From contig OX597816.1 in NCBI GenBank assembly GCA_951406725.2, forward strand, positions 173,600,001-173,664,000: 64,000 bases of DNA, in the 5' to 3' direction. Both the position numbers and the translations under genes were made by a program. Shown piece by piece: positions 13,291 to 25,228 of this stretch; positions within the stretch are counted from its first letter, which is position 1, and each line of letters starts with the position of its first letter. The stretch is from Octopus vulgaris. Taxonomy: Eukaryota. Under the pieces are notes generated by a model. The model made no database searches and was not told the origin of the DNA. It saw only the letters and a list, made by a program, of their open reading frames with translations.

Positions 13291-13559
13291 TTACTCATAT
13301 AATTTGAGATGAAGCAAATTAAGGACAGCGATGCAGTATTTTAAAAAAAAAATACAAGAAAAACGAGAGAAGAAGAAAGGCAAAATGAAGGTGCTATGAT
13401 TAAATTTCTCATCAGACCCAACCATCCAGATGAAACTGGTATTACTGTAGAAGGTCATGGAGAGGATGTTGTTAATGAAGCGCAACTTGAAAAGAAGATA
13501 GAAGATGGTGATGATGCTGATCCACCACAAACTACACCACAAACAAAACCCTAATATGT

Positions 13560-13990
13560 GGCTGTGAATTCAAAGAAGTTGTACATCCAGGACAAATAAC
13601 AAAACTGAAAGATGGAGACTAGAAGACTGTCAAGACTGGTTTTCATGAACTTTACAAAACGGGGAAAAAATCTTGAGAACTTGGATGATATACTATCCAT
13701 CAAAAGAAGCCAGATTTTGTTTTTGTTGTAAGCTACATTCAAGTGAAAACTCAAAGTTTTGCTCAGTTGATGGTTTCAAATTTTGGTAGAAGTTGAATCC
13801 TAAGATACAAGAACACGAATCTAGCCCTGTGCATGAGAATGCATTCACTCAGAGGAAAGAGCTTGAAATACACCAATCCAAAGGCAAAGTAGTAGACAAA
13901 GCACAACAAATTCTTGCTGAAAATGAAACACAGAAAATGGAAGCAAATCAAATCCTAACTAGATTCTTGGACATAATTATGTTTCTTGCT
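13560..13990 (+). pseudogene. hAT transposase fragment (ZMYM1/Tip100-like, TTF-type zinc finger region)
   Basis: Broken translation: DWFS*TLQNGEKILRTWMIY..SKEARFCFCCKL..DGFKFW*KLNPKIQEHESSPVH..KELE..ILTRFLDIIMFLA. Confidence 0.75.
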
Positions 13991-14152
13991 ATTTTTGTAA
14001 TTCACATTGAACATTTGAACTTGTATTGTGTCTACCTGTGTGAAACCGTGTGAATATATATCGGAATTTGTATGAACATTTGATCTACATGTTTTAACAC
14101 TCAGGTGCATTTTCAACATCCAAACTAACATACTATATATATATAGAGAGAA

Positions 14153-14187
<35 letters not shown>

Positions 14188-14209
14188 CACACACATATAT
14201 GTATGTATA

Positions 14210-14248
<39 letters not shown>

Positions 14249-14249
<1 letters not shown>

Positions 14250-15070
14250 CACTCCCAAACAGTTGAAGGAATCCGGGGCAGAGGTAGACCCAAGAAGACA
14301 TGGGACGAGGTGGTCAAGCATGACCTTCATACGTTGAGCCTCACAGAGGCTATGACGAAAGACCGAGAGGTCTGGAGATATGCTGTGACTTCGAAGACCC
14401 GACAAATGAAGTGAGTTCATGGCTTACAGGACGGCCTGCTGCGCTTGAGGAGACCTATTGTGTCAAGTTCATCAACATCAAAATAAAAATCGTATGGATA
14501 TTGTAGTTGTGATACCTGTACTGGTGGCACTTAGGGCCTCACAGAGGAAATGATGAAGACCGAGACCCCTGAGATATGCTGTTACTGTGAAGACCCGACA
14601 AATGAAGTGAGTTCATGGCTCGCAGGACAGCCTGCTGTGCTAACCTTGGATCGAAGAGTGACCCGCTGTTCTCGAGGAGACCTATTGAGTCAAGTACGTC
14701 AACACCAACATCAAAATAAAAATCAAATGGAAATTGTAGTTGAGATACCTGTGCCGGTGACACGTAAAAAGCACTGTCCGAACATGGCAGATGCCAGCGC
14801 CGCCTGACAGGCGTCCGTGTTGGTGACACGTAAAAGTACCAACCGATCGTGGTCGTTTGCCAGCCTGCTCTGGCCCCTGTGCTGGTGGTACGTAAAAAAC
14901 ACCCACTACACTCACGAAGTGGTTGGTGTTAGGAAGGGCATCCAGCTGTAGAAACACTGCCAGATCAGACTAGAGCCTGGTGCAGCCTCCTGGCTGCCCA
15001 GACCGCGGTCCAACCGTCCAACCGTCCAACCCATGCTAGCATGGAAAATGGACATTAAACAATGATGATG
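14249..15070 (+). mobile_element. RTE-clade LINE 3' end (ORF C-terminus, 3' UTR, (GAT)n tail)
   Basis: VEGIRGRGRPKKTWDEVVKHDL..DREVWRYAV*. Internal duplication about 14336-14530 / 14533-14760. Tail gatgatga at about 15062-15070. Confidence 0.85.
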
Positions 15071-15085
15071 AGGAGGAGGATATAT

Positions 15086-15228
15086 AATTGCAGCATGGAA
15101 GGTGTTTATAAGCCATTTAAAAACACACAAAAACCATTAGATTCACTTCAACATTTAAATTTCATTTGCCAAAATATTTTTGTCGCTTTGAGACCGTGAC
15201 CTGTTCACTGACAAAATTCCATGCTGCA
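15086..15228 (-). mobile_element. Penelope-like terminal-repeat fragment, same family as 53784-54260
   Basis: Matches 53788-53931 and carries a degenerate GTGAACA hammerhead motif at 15165-15215. Confidence 0.6.
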
Positions 15229-16250
15229 TATAAGTAAGCAAAGACATTTGAGTGTTCACACACAAAGTAAGATATCACAACAGTTAATATCATCTGCAGT
15301 GAATATGTTTAAATGAGAATATTAACAGCAGTAATATCGACGGTTCAACAGGTCTAATACCATTATATAGCTATAAAATTTAAAGTTAGCACAAGGCATG
15401 AGGATGCGGAAACAGCAGCGACCTGTTTAGAAACAGGAGCTAAATTCCTAATCAACCACCTGAAAGCACCAAATGACAAAAAAACAACAGTAGGCAAAAA
15501 AACGGATAAAGAATTAAGACATTAAAAAAAGCATATCTTTAAAGAATATGCCATTCAGATACTCATATACCATGGTTTCAGGTTCTGGCCTGAGGGCCTC
15601 AACTTTCTTCAGTATGAGTCACAGATAAAAATTCTAAGCCTGTCACATTATAAGTCTGCCTGTGTTATGGCTTGTTTTGTGCCAAGTCGGTCCACATGGT
15701 GCGAAATATATATAAGCAAAAACATTTGAGTGTTCACACATGAAGTAAGATATCACTACTGTTAATATCATCTGCAGTGAATATTTTTAAATGATAAATA
15801 TTTACAGCAGTAATATAGGCAGTTCAACAGGTCTAAAAGCATTATATAGAATCTGAAACCATGGTATATGAATATCTGAATGGCATATTCTTTAAAGGTA
15901 TACTTTTTTTATGTTGAATCACATGTGTCTCGAGATGGGCTAGAGAGTTTCTATTTTGGATATATTTGGGATACTTAATTGTGCTCGTGACTTAGTGCTT
16001 GCTTCTTCCATGGGTATAAGTAAGTATTTCACTTATTTCTTTGCCGCATTTATCACTGATGAAGGGAAGTTTCTTATGAACTAACTCTGAAATCGGGTCC
16101 GATATGTTAATAACGAGATTTTTTAGATTTTTAGAAATTCTGTCGGCTTTCTTCGAAGCGTGTGCTTGTAATGATAAATTACATGGTTATTGACGTTATG
16201 TCTATTTTCGGCATATTTTGGCATTAGAAATTTTTTCTTTTGCCCTTACT
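15228..16250. mobile_element. Probable Penelope-like remnant with direct and inverted partial repeats
   Basis: Direct repeat about 15228-15370 / 15708-15850, inverted repeat about 15523-15582 / 15852-15910, and a hammerhead-like CTGATGA...GAAA..GTC at 16051-16104. Confidence 0.5.
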
Positions 16251-16255
16251 TATAA

Positions 16256-16306
<51 letters not shown>

Positions 16307-16449
16307 ACCTTTAGCCAATTCGACATCACCCCAAGTACTTGTATAAAATACAGAAGTTATAATAAATGTCAGACAATAAATATAACTGTATGAAGCTGTG
16401 GGTGAGGAGTTTTGTTTGAACATGTTAAATTGTTCCCCTAGTAATGTGC

Positions 16450-18802
16450 AGTGTGTGTATGCGCGCGCACATACAAACACACAAACACTATAGAAACCTG
16501 TAATAATTTTTCAGATAAACTGAGTGTGTCAGTGATTGTATGTACTTGTATATGGCTGGCAAAAAGTTTAAGAAACTTTACTTCACAATAGTAACTTCCC
16601 CCCTTTCGTTTCTGTATTTGAAAGATCCAGCCTCGTTAACGTTGTCAAATTGATTCTGCATGAAGATTACGTTGGAAGTAGAAGTGTCTTAAGAATGCTC
16701 AACTGATAATAAGTAGTTTAGTTGAACTTGATACTTTCCAAATCAAGTGAACAAAGAACCACAACATGGTCAATTGACCTGCCTGAGATACCGATATAGC
16801 AGCCAAATTTCCCTCAATTCACATACTACTGTTTTAAAAATGATGAACGCAATACCTTTAGTAGTCTTTGATATAGTATTTGAAAAAGAATTTGGAGGAT
16901 AATTCAGTACAGTAGCTTGAAGTGGGATCAGAAGAGGAAGAATCTGCGCCGGGCGACATTTTTACAGAGGAGGCACTTTTTGTCCTTTGTATAAACCTAT
17001 ATAGGCTTCGGGGCCTGAGATTAGTGGCCAATTGAAGGGCTGCTCTGAACCTAGCTACGTCACTGGGATTTTAAAAAATGTAGAATAGTCGTAGCTGGAC
17101 GGTTATGATCATCAAAGTCTGCAGTCAGTGTTGAATTGAGACTAAACAAATGAATGTGTATATGTGTGTGTGTGACAGAGAGAAAGAGAGAGTTTTGAGA
17201 GAAAATGTTTGAAGGGAACAGAATGAAGATGAATTCGATCAAACATGAGCTGCGCCTAAGCGACCACTCACTGACAACCCAAACCTATCACCGTCATAAG
17301 AACAACAGATGACAGTTTTTTTTTTTAAATATTAATATTAAACGTTAGCCAGTCTAGCATCACCATATCACGTTTAACACGCTCCAGTTCCACAATATGT
17401 CAGTGGAGCCAGACATTATTTCATAGCACTTATCAACCGACCATGCAGCCATCTCCTTTCTCGGCTTGAACCCCTTCTCTTCCAAACCCAGCCAGCCATT
17501 ACGAAATCACCGCCACCGCTAATTACCGCTCTCTCAAACACTGACCTCTCTTACTGACCCACACCTTTTCCACGCCCACCAGCACTCCGCAACCAACAAT
17601 ACCACTCGGACTCTCCCACCACCACCACCACTATCCACGCTCTCCCACCACTTTTCAACCACTATAACTACAATCAACATCACTACCTCATCGACAATTC
17701 TAAACTGGGATGGTTATGAGACGGCCACACTCACTCATACGCACATCTAACCTACGGGACCAAACACTACACTCTGGTTTAAACAGAGAAAGAGAGAAAA
17801 TATAAGCCAGCCAGAGAGAGAGAAAGGAAATTTAGTGGTAGAAAAAAAACTGTAAACGAAAGAGAAAGAAAGAGAGTAACGCCGTCGAGGCCAGCCAGAC
17901 AGATGTTGATCTTTGTCAAGAGATTCGGACGGTGTTTCGGTTTCACCTAAGTTGGACTCAACAACAAGTGAAAAAAGCTGCACATTTATATAAAATACAA
18001 GTTTGCACCACACAGGTAGGCATGTGTGCATACTGTAATTAATACTGATTAAAACGCTTAAGAAATCAGACTATATATATATATATATATATATGAGTGT
18101 GTGTTTATTTATAGAAATAGAGAGGGCGAACTAATCTAATCGGATATTAAGGAAAGATTGATACCCAATTGTCGAGTAAGTAACCTGCTTAATTAAATAT
18201 ACTTGTTGGTTTTTAAGTGCGTCTTGCTTGCTTGTGCGTGTGTGCTTTGTGGGTGTCTGATTGTAAATTGATGTGTTTAAAACTTTGTGCTTTTACCTCC
18301 AAAACATGTTGGCTCTGTAAACATGTATTTGTTTTAGACATACACGCGTATAAACACTCACCCAACAAATACACTCATTTGTATATGTATTTCTGTGTTT
18401 ATATAATGTACGTATTTGTTTGTTTTTAAATACACGCACATATTTCATTCATTAATAGTTAATCTGTGGATCTTTTTCCACGCTATATCGCTTCTTCCAT
18501 CGCTCAGTTTATTTCCACCTCCTTCCTCTTCGTCTGTCAATCTTTCCACAAACATATTCTACGTCTGTTGGTATTGTTTGTATACATTTGCACACAGCTA
18601 CCTGAGCTGCGATGAGAAGAGAAAGAGAAAGTGTATGGGTGTTTATATATATATGCGAAGTAGCAACAGTGATAACTCGGCTTGGAATGAATGAAAAAAG
18701 ATTTACCTTTATTGACTATCTTTCTCAAAACGCACGCACACACTCACACTTTATTCCCTCATGTTCGCAGCGACAGATTTTATCGGTTGATTTATATCTG
18801 AA

Positions 18803-18855
<53 letters not shown>

Positions 18856-20150
18856 ATAAAGGTTTTTCATTTTCATGCATAAAAGGCACACGTAGTTAAT
18901 TACATAATCCACATTAAAATACGAATCCAAAAGCGCAGAAAACTCAAATGTGAGCGAAGGAAAAAAAAAAGATAAAGAAAACGAATGCGTCCTTAAAATA
19001 TCTTTAGATTGTGTGTTTGTTCAATATTGAACAATATACATCTGTAAATGGTCATCCAAGCGAAAGATATTAACCTACACATGATATACAGATATCATGT
19101 ACTTATCTGTATATGTACTACATATTTATATATGTACGGATAAACAGACACCAGAGACAGTTATATACGCACAAAATTAGATAAACAAATACGAATGTTA
19201 CGCGCGTGTGTATGCGTGTATGGTCCCACTGCGCAGCAACCCGCATATTTTCGGGTTAACCCAAGATTTGTGAGGGCCGTCGCAGTCTCGGCATTTTCAG
19301 AGACGATCACAATGTTTCTGTCTTAGAATTAAGGACCACACAGGGTCGCGCTGATTCTGTCTGTCTCAGGATTATTTTAAGGGCGGGCCCAGGGTGGTTT
19401 GTCAGGGTCATGTAATATGAGCCATGTGCCGCATTCGAAGTCACAAATGTGAAGCGTAAGTACTCTGCAAGGAACTTTCTGAACATTCTATGGACGTGAG
19501 AAACACTAAACGTAACTTCTTGTTAACGCTTTAGTTTTCCATGCCTGTTTTTTCCATAATCGATTCAGCCATGTGTGTATGTGTGCGCCTGTGTGTGCGT
19601 GTGCAGAAAGAGGGGGAGAGCCCGTCGGACAAAATACTCAGCGTTATTTCTTATTCAATGTCTAAGTTCAAATCTCAGCCTTATATTCTTATGGGATCGA
19701 TAAATAAAATATGGGCAAGTACTGGGTTCGATGTAATCGACTAGCCTCCTCCTACAAAATTTCAAACCTTGTGCCAAGAGTAGAAAGAACTATTATGCGG
19801 CGAATCGTCCGAGACGGTTAAGGTCGTCGGACAGAATGCCCCGCGGTGCTTGTTCTGGCTTTTCACGTTCTCAGTTCAAACCCTGCAGAGATCCTCTTTT
19901 CTTTTCATCCCTTCGAGATCGACAAAATAACGTACCATTCAAGTACTGGAATAAATAACTCCATCCCATCAACTTTGTTGACCTTATATTTCAAATTAGA
20001 AACAATAATTATTATTCAGTAATCTTAAATATATTACGTACTTGAAAGTACGCAATATAATCAAGGCTTTTCAACAATACAGATACATTTTGCAGTGAAC
20101 TACCAAATATCTCTCTGTGTGGCTCGGGTTTGTGCAGCGCTTTGGTTTGA
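16450..20150. promoter_or_regulatory. CpG-retaining domain, candidate promoter / first-exon region
   Basis: Visibly more CpG than the unique flanks. Old SINE-B-like copies here (about 19620-20010) keep CpGs, whereas old copies elsewhere (11310-11521) show TpG/CpA decay. Candidate donors cag|gtaggc (about 18015) and cga|gtaagt (about 18175). Confidence 0.4.
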
Positions 20151-20159
20151 TTTTTTTTT

Positions 20160-21200
20160 TCATTACCCTAATATTTGCCCAGGACCTTGTAGTGCAACTG
20201 TCTTGTACACTGTGTATTTTCTAAGTCCTTGAGTTTTGGTAATGGATTTGTAATGTTTTTTTTTTATTTTTTAATAATTTCTAAACAGGACTATAGATTG
20301 TTTCTGTTTTCAGTCTCAACATTCAGGTTATTTCTTTTACAAAATCTTTATAGTTGCATGATTTTTCCATTGTTTTTTTTGGGAGTGACTCATAATTATC
20401 TGTTGGGGCAGATACTTCCATTTGAAGGCCTACCATTTTCTCTTGTTCCTGGCAGATTTATATTGATGTTCCTGGCTGTGCGAGTTATTAGTATATTGCA
20501 GAATATACTCACTTTATCACTCCCTGAAACTGTCTCCTTCAGTCTTTTTATACCACTTCTTCTCTGTACATATTTTATTATGATACCATGACTTCTAGTG
20601 TGTGGAAGTCACAACTAACCGAGTTGGAGATATATTCTTTCTTCGCTAAGACCAGACAAACAGAGACAATTTGTTTCATTGTTCTCGATTTCCACACGTT
20701 CTGCAGTGAATGTATTCTGCTTCATTACATATTCATAGTAATTTCTGGTGAGGAGGCCTTGATCCTGTGCTGCAGTCAAGAATTCTTTAGTCAGCTTCTA
20801 TGTCCTGCGTTTCTCAGGGATTTTTGGTATTTTTCTTCCAGTTCCACCCCCTTCAGCGTTTTGTTAGGGACTTGCATAGGGACTTTTCTGTAGCCCTATT
20901 TTTAGCTTTGCTTTCAACTTTTTCACAATTTCTGTTTCTCCTTTATCTTCAACTGTCTGTCATTTCAGCTTCTATTTTGAAGACAGGAAACTTGTCTTAT
21001 TTTTTGCTTTGTATTAGTTTTCTATTATTCTGTACTAGATATTTTTGTAGCAGTTTGCTGTATATTGCATAATAGTTTTCTCATAAAAAGCTTCCCGTCT
21101 TCCTGAATTCATAGAAAATGCAGTCATTTTGATTTCCATCTTGTTTTGTTACTTCATTTAGTATCCAGTTGAGACTTATCGACAAAAGTATTGATGTCTA
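20160..21200 (-). pseudogene. Highly decayed Dong/R4-like LINE 3' half
   Basis: Minus-strand fragments EFLTAAQDQGLLTRNY, CRTCGN..QIVSVCLVLAKKEYI and NYKDFVKEI, collinear with the C-terminus of 7770-9796. Confidence 0.6.
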
Positions 21201-21220
21201 TTAACTTCATTTATTTATTA

Positions 21221-21385
21221 TCAAGTGAGATAGTAACGTATGCCATAAAAGTGACAGTGGAGTACAACTATACAAGTCCAACATACCCATCTTGACTACC
21301 TGTCTGATAAGGGTACACACCAGACACATGCATCACAACCATATGTGCATGACATGGTGACTTCATATCAAGATAAACAGCGCAT
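21221..21385 (-). mobile_element. Partial copy of the 9901-10455 element
   Basis: tctgataagggtacac..catgcatcacaaccatatgtg..aagataaacagcgcat matches the reverse complement of about 10295-10455. Confidence 0.7.
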
Positions 21386-21577
21386 TATTATTATTATTAT
21401 TATTATTAGCATGTCGTCAAAAGTGCCAACAGTTTTATCGATGATAGAAAGTGGTGTATCAAAATAATGAGAAACTATTGCTAAATGCGACAGCAATTGA
21501 GTAAATATATTTATATACATAGAATCGAAGCACTTAGAGAATCAGATACATACGTAACGAAAATATCGCCCACAAAA

Positions 21578-21631
<54 letters not shown>

Positions 21632-21634
<3 letters not shown>

Positions 21635-21854
21635 TACCCACACGGGGCCAAACATAGAGGAGACAAACAAGGACAAACAAAGGGATTAAGTCGATTACAT
21701 CGACCCCAGTGCGAAACTGGTACTTTATTTATCGACCCCGAAAGGCTGAAAGGCAAAGTCGACCTCGGCGGAATTCGAACTCAGAAAGTAACGACAGACG
21801 AAATACCGCTAAGCATTTCGCCCGGCGCGCTAACGTTTCTGCCAGCTCGCCGCC
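21632..21854 (-). mobile_element. tRNA-derived SINE family B, young copy
   Basis: Minus strand reads GGCGGCGAGCTGGCAGAAACGTTAGC..GAGTTCGAATTCC (B-box), then gactttgcctttcagcctttcggggtcgataaataaagtacc, which resembles the Meta-SINE domain from memory. Other copies at 38609, 42338, 30080 and 11310. Confidence 0.85.
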
Positions 21855-22541
21855 TTATAATATATATATATATGCACACATACATACACACAGACCCATT
21901 ATGTGGAACATATATATATATATATATGAAACCTCCATTTTTCCGTGCTCGCATGGACCAAACAGGTTTTGTATGGCTAGATGCCCTTCCTGTCACCAAC
22001 CCTTAACTATTTGTAAGTAATATTTCGCCATGCCCATACAGGTTTATATGGAGGACTGGAAATCAAAGAACACCTTTTGCATGACAGTGGCACTTACCTA
22101 CTATCATTGCTCAATGTCAAGGCAAGGAGAAAGCTAACACACACACACACTTATATTTATACACACACACACACACATACGTATGGTCTCCTTTCAGTTT
22201 CCCTCAACAAAATCTACTCACAAGGCTTTGGTCACCTCTAGGATATAGATGTGCCTATCCATGCCTGTATGTGTGTGTGTGTGTATATATATATACATAC
22301 ACGCATACACACGTAGATATGCACACACGCTCATATATTTTTTTTTGTTCTTTTACTTGTTTCAGTTATTAGATGCAACCATGCTGGAGCACCACCTTGA
22401 ATTTTAATTGAACGAATCAACCACAGTGCTTATTTTTTAAGCCTGGTACTTATGCGACACACACACATATACAATGAGGTTTTTTCAGTTTCCATCTGCC
22501 AAATTAACTCACAAGGCTTTGGTCAGCCTGAGGCTGTAGCA

Positions 22542-22625
22542 CAATAGTTACCAACCTTTTCACTACCAAGGACCCCTTTTATTTAAATGAGTTTTCCCAC
22601 AGACCCCTTTCAATATACTTATCCT

Positions 22626-22672
<47 letters not shown>

Positions 22673-22956
22673 CGGGAAGCTTTATGAAAATAAACAAAAG
22701 ACGAAGGCAGGTGGAGTACAAACAAACAATTGTATTAGTATGGCGCTCAGGAATATAAATAAAACAAGTCTTTTACATTTCGAGCCTACGCTCTTCAACA
22801 GAAAGATACACAGAAAAGAAACACGGAGAGAAACAAGGAGATATATATATATATATATATATAAATTTTGAATTTAGTTCACAGACCTCCCCCCCCCCCC
22901 AAGTACTATCTTTGTGGACCACCAGGGGTCCACAGACCACAGGTTAGGAACTACTG
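22542..22956. mobile_element. hAT/Charlie-like MITE
   Basis: Ends caatagttaccaacct / aggttaggaactactg (CAGTGGTTCYCAACC-type TIR), with a degenerate 8-bp TSD ctgtagca / ctgcagta. Confidence 0.65.
22670..22841 (-). mobile_element. Penelope-like fragment in a (TA)n tract, carrying a minimal hammerhead motif
   Basis: Minus strand reads tcttt-CTGTTGA-A-GAGC gtag GCTC-GAAA-tg-TA-aaaga. Confidence 0.55.
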
Positions 22957-23997
22957 CTGCAGTAGAAGACATTTGCCCAAAGTGTCCCTCTGTAGGACTG
23001 AATCCAGAACCGTGTGGTCGGGAAGCAAAGCTTACTACCCAGAGTGGATGATTTAATCAACTAACTCCTTCTTCTCTACCAAATTTCAAGCCTTGTGCTC
23101 TTATCAAAAACAACTGTTACAGTGTCTGTTGTAATATACTCTTGAGACCTTGAATATAAGTCAGATTTGCTATTCATCCTTGTGCAATGATACTAAAGTT
23201 AATTCAGTCTACTATAGCCCTACTCTCCCACTCTGTAAATCTGTGTAATCCACTAGCTCCTGTTTACCCTTCTAGCTTTACAATGGATATATCTAATTCC
23301 TTACCCTAGTTTTTGTCTAATATCATTACTGCAAAATAGGAATTCAGTGCATATAACATAGATTCTTGTGTGAGACCCAAGTTTTATCACTGTGAAGGGC
23401 ACTTCTTTTGGTGGTGGGGAGAGGTGACACAAAACCTAAAGAATTACATAGACTAAGATAAGAATGATTAAAAATATTTTTCATAACATAATGAACTCAT
23501 TAATTTCAAAAGATCAAAAGTCTTTCAGCAACCACTGTCTTGACTTTTTTTCTTTATTACATGACATACATAAAATAATATCATCCAACATGCCCATCCT
23601 TGAGGAACAGTGATAAATAGGATAATTATATGAAAAGTATTCTACATAAATAGTATCAAGATTCTGGTATCTGTAGATTATAAGGGCATCTGTTGGGAAA
23701 AAATTACCTCTTTAGAGGGAAATTTTAAGAGAATTCAATCTACACCAAGCCATTGTTAAGACATAACTTCTTAAACGGTCGTGGTGACCTCTGATAGATT
23801 TAGCACAGGCAAAACTTTCAAAGACAATTTATTTAATCTCTTATGAAGTCTAACTTTATGAAAGAGAGAAAGAAAAAGTTTAATAAAGAAATAAAATAAT
23901 CTTTATGTAAGAATTCCTCAAGGTGTGGGTTTCCTCCAAGGTAAAATGGTTGGGAAATGCTGAGTCAGAGTATGAAGGTGCATATATGACTGAGTAA

Positions 23998-24393
23998 TCT
24001 TTATATATAAAAGTGAGGTTGTGTGCTGTCTGTCTCCTACGATTTAGATTCCTAACTACTCCCACATTTTGCGGTGCAGTTTAACCAAAACCAGGTATCT
24101 TATAGTCATGATTCATATTGAGCCCTTCTGGGTATTAGTGCACGTCTACGATGAGTCTACGATTTAAAAAAAAATTTACCATCAATTTTTCCCATTTTTA
24201 ATGCATTTTTGGCATATATAAGGGAAGTAACTCTCTAAAAATTTATTATTAAATCTCAGAACGTAAAAAGCTACAGTAACAACCCCCCTTTGTGGTTAGC
24301 CATATTGAGATGGCTATTATACTTTACATCTCTAAAAATGCTTATATAGTTATTTCCCTTACAAACCCGAGCAACGCCGGGCGATACTGCTAG
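23998..24393 (+). mobile_element. Non-autonomous Helitron H1 copy
   Basis: A|TC start, hairpin cccgagcaacgccggg, CTAG|T end. Confidence 0.88.
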
Positions 24394-25019
24394 TTATAAA
24401 TATGCATGAAGTGTAAGAGAGAGAGGGAGAAATGGAAAGAACACAGCCTGCAGTTAGAATCTTTTGGTTGATCAAACAAACATTATTCAAAAATGCATTT
24501 GTATGAGATTAGTTCACTACTTTTTGTAGAAGGGTACACTAGGCTCCAAAAAACACAGGACTATACTGTTAACTACAGATGAAAGGAGGGTGAAGAGCAA
24601 AGTTAATCCTGAAGGGACATGAACTTCACCTTTTACTTGTCAAGTTTGAATCATGATGGTCAATAAAAACGAATGTCAAACTCAATTGAGCTGACTCCAA
24701 AAGTTGTGGCCTCGGCTTATGTGAGAAAATATCATTATTATTAATGAAGACCTTCATTTTGTGTAAAATTTCCTGTTGCTTTCATAGTAGACAAAACCAA
24801 GATATATTTTTTCTAAAGTTCTAACAATTTTGCTAGCTGGCTGTCTTTTATTACTGCAAAACAATAATAAAACAAAAACAAATATAAGAGTGTGTGTGTA
24901 TATATATATATGTTTTCGATAATTAATGTGGCTCTATCATTAGAGTTTCAGTTACGATAATTTTGTTTTTAAATGGCTAAACCAAATAATATATAAACAA
25001 AATATGTCAGATTGTTCAA

Positions 25020-25228
25020 CCCTCTAGCATTCAGATTACTCTGTTAAATGAAATGCTTATTTATTCACATTGTTTTGAATCAATCATGCATTATCCCATG
25101 GTTCAAGATTTTGATGATGTGAATGTTTATTTTTAGAATGACATTGTAGGGTAGATGTGAGAGGCCAAATCTAGCCATTTTGAACACAGATATTTGGGCC
25201 AGATATGGCCAGTTTAAATAGTAAAGGT
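25020..25228. mobile_element. piggyBac-like MITE family P1
   Basis: tcaa|ccctctagcatt ... aatagtaaaggt|ttaa (degenerate CCCTTTAGCAT TIR, TTAA-like TSD). Relatives at 28827-29366 and 39510-39700. Confidence 0.65.

Larger units (their letters stand above)
22340..23040 (-). mobile_element. Old SINE family A copy split by a hAT MITE
   Basis: SINE sequence runs 22340-22541 and resumes at 22957 (gtagaagacatttgcccaa). Confidence 0.7.

Noticed and set aside
13560-13990. Host ZMYM1-like gene exon
   Set aside because: Frameshifts and in-frame stops, and no convincing splice context, point to a hAT transposase fossil.
16906-17065. Possible old hAT MITE (right end ctagctacgtcactg)
   Set aside because: The left TIR is too degenerate and no TSD is visible, so it is not supportable.
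20229-21072. Hydrophobic + strand ORFs resembling membrane proteins
   Set aside because: They are the T-rich antisense of a decayed Dong-like LINE on the minus strand.
23450-23900. Possible decayed RT fragment on the minus strand
   Set aside because: No motif could be reconstructed with confidence.
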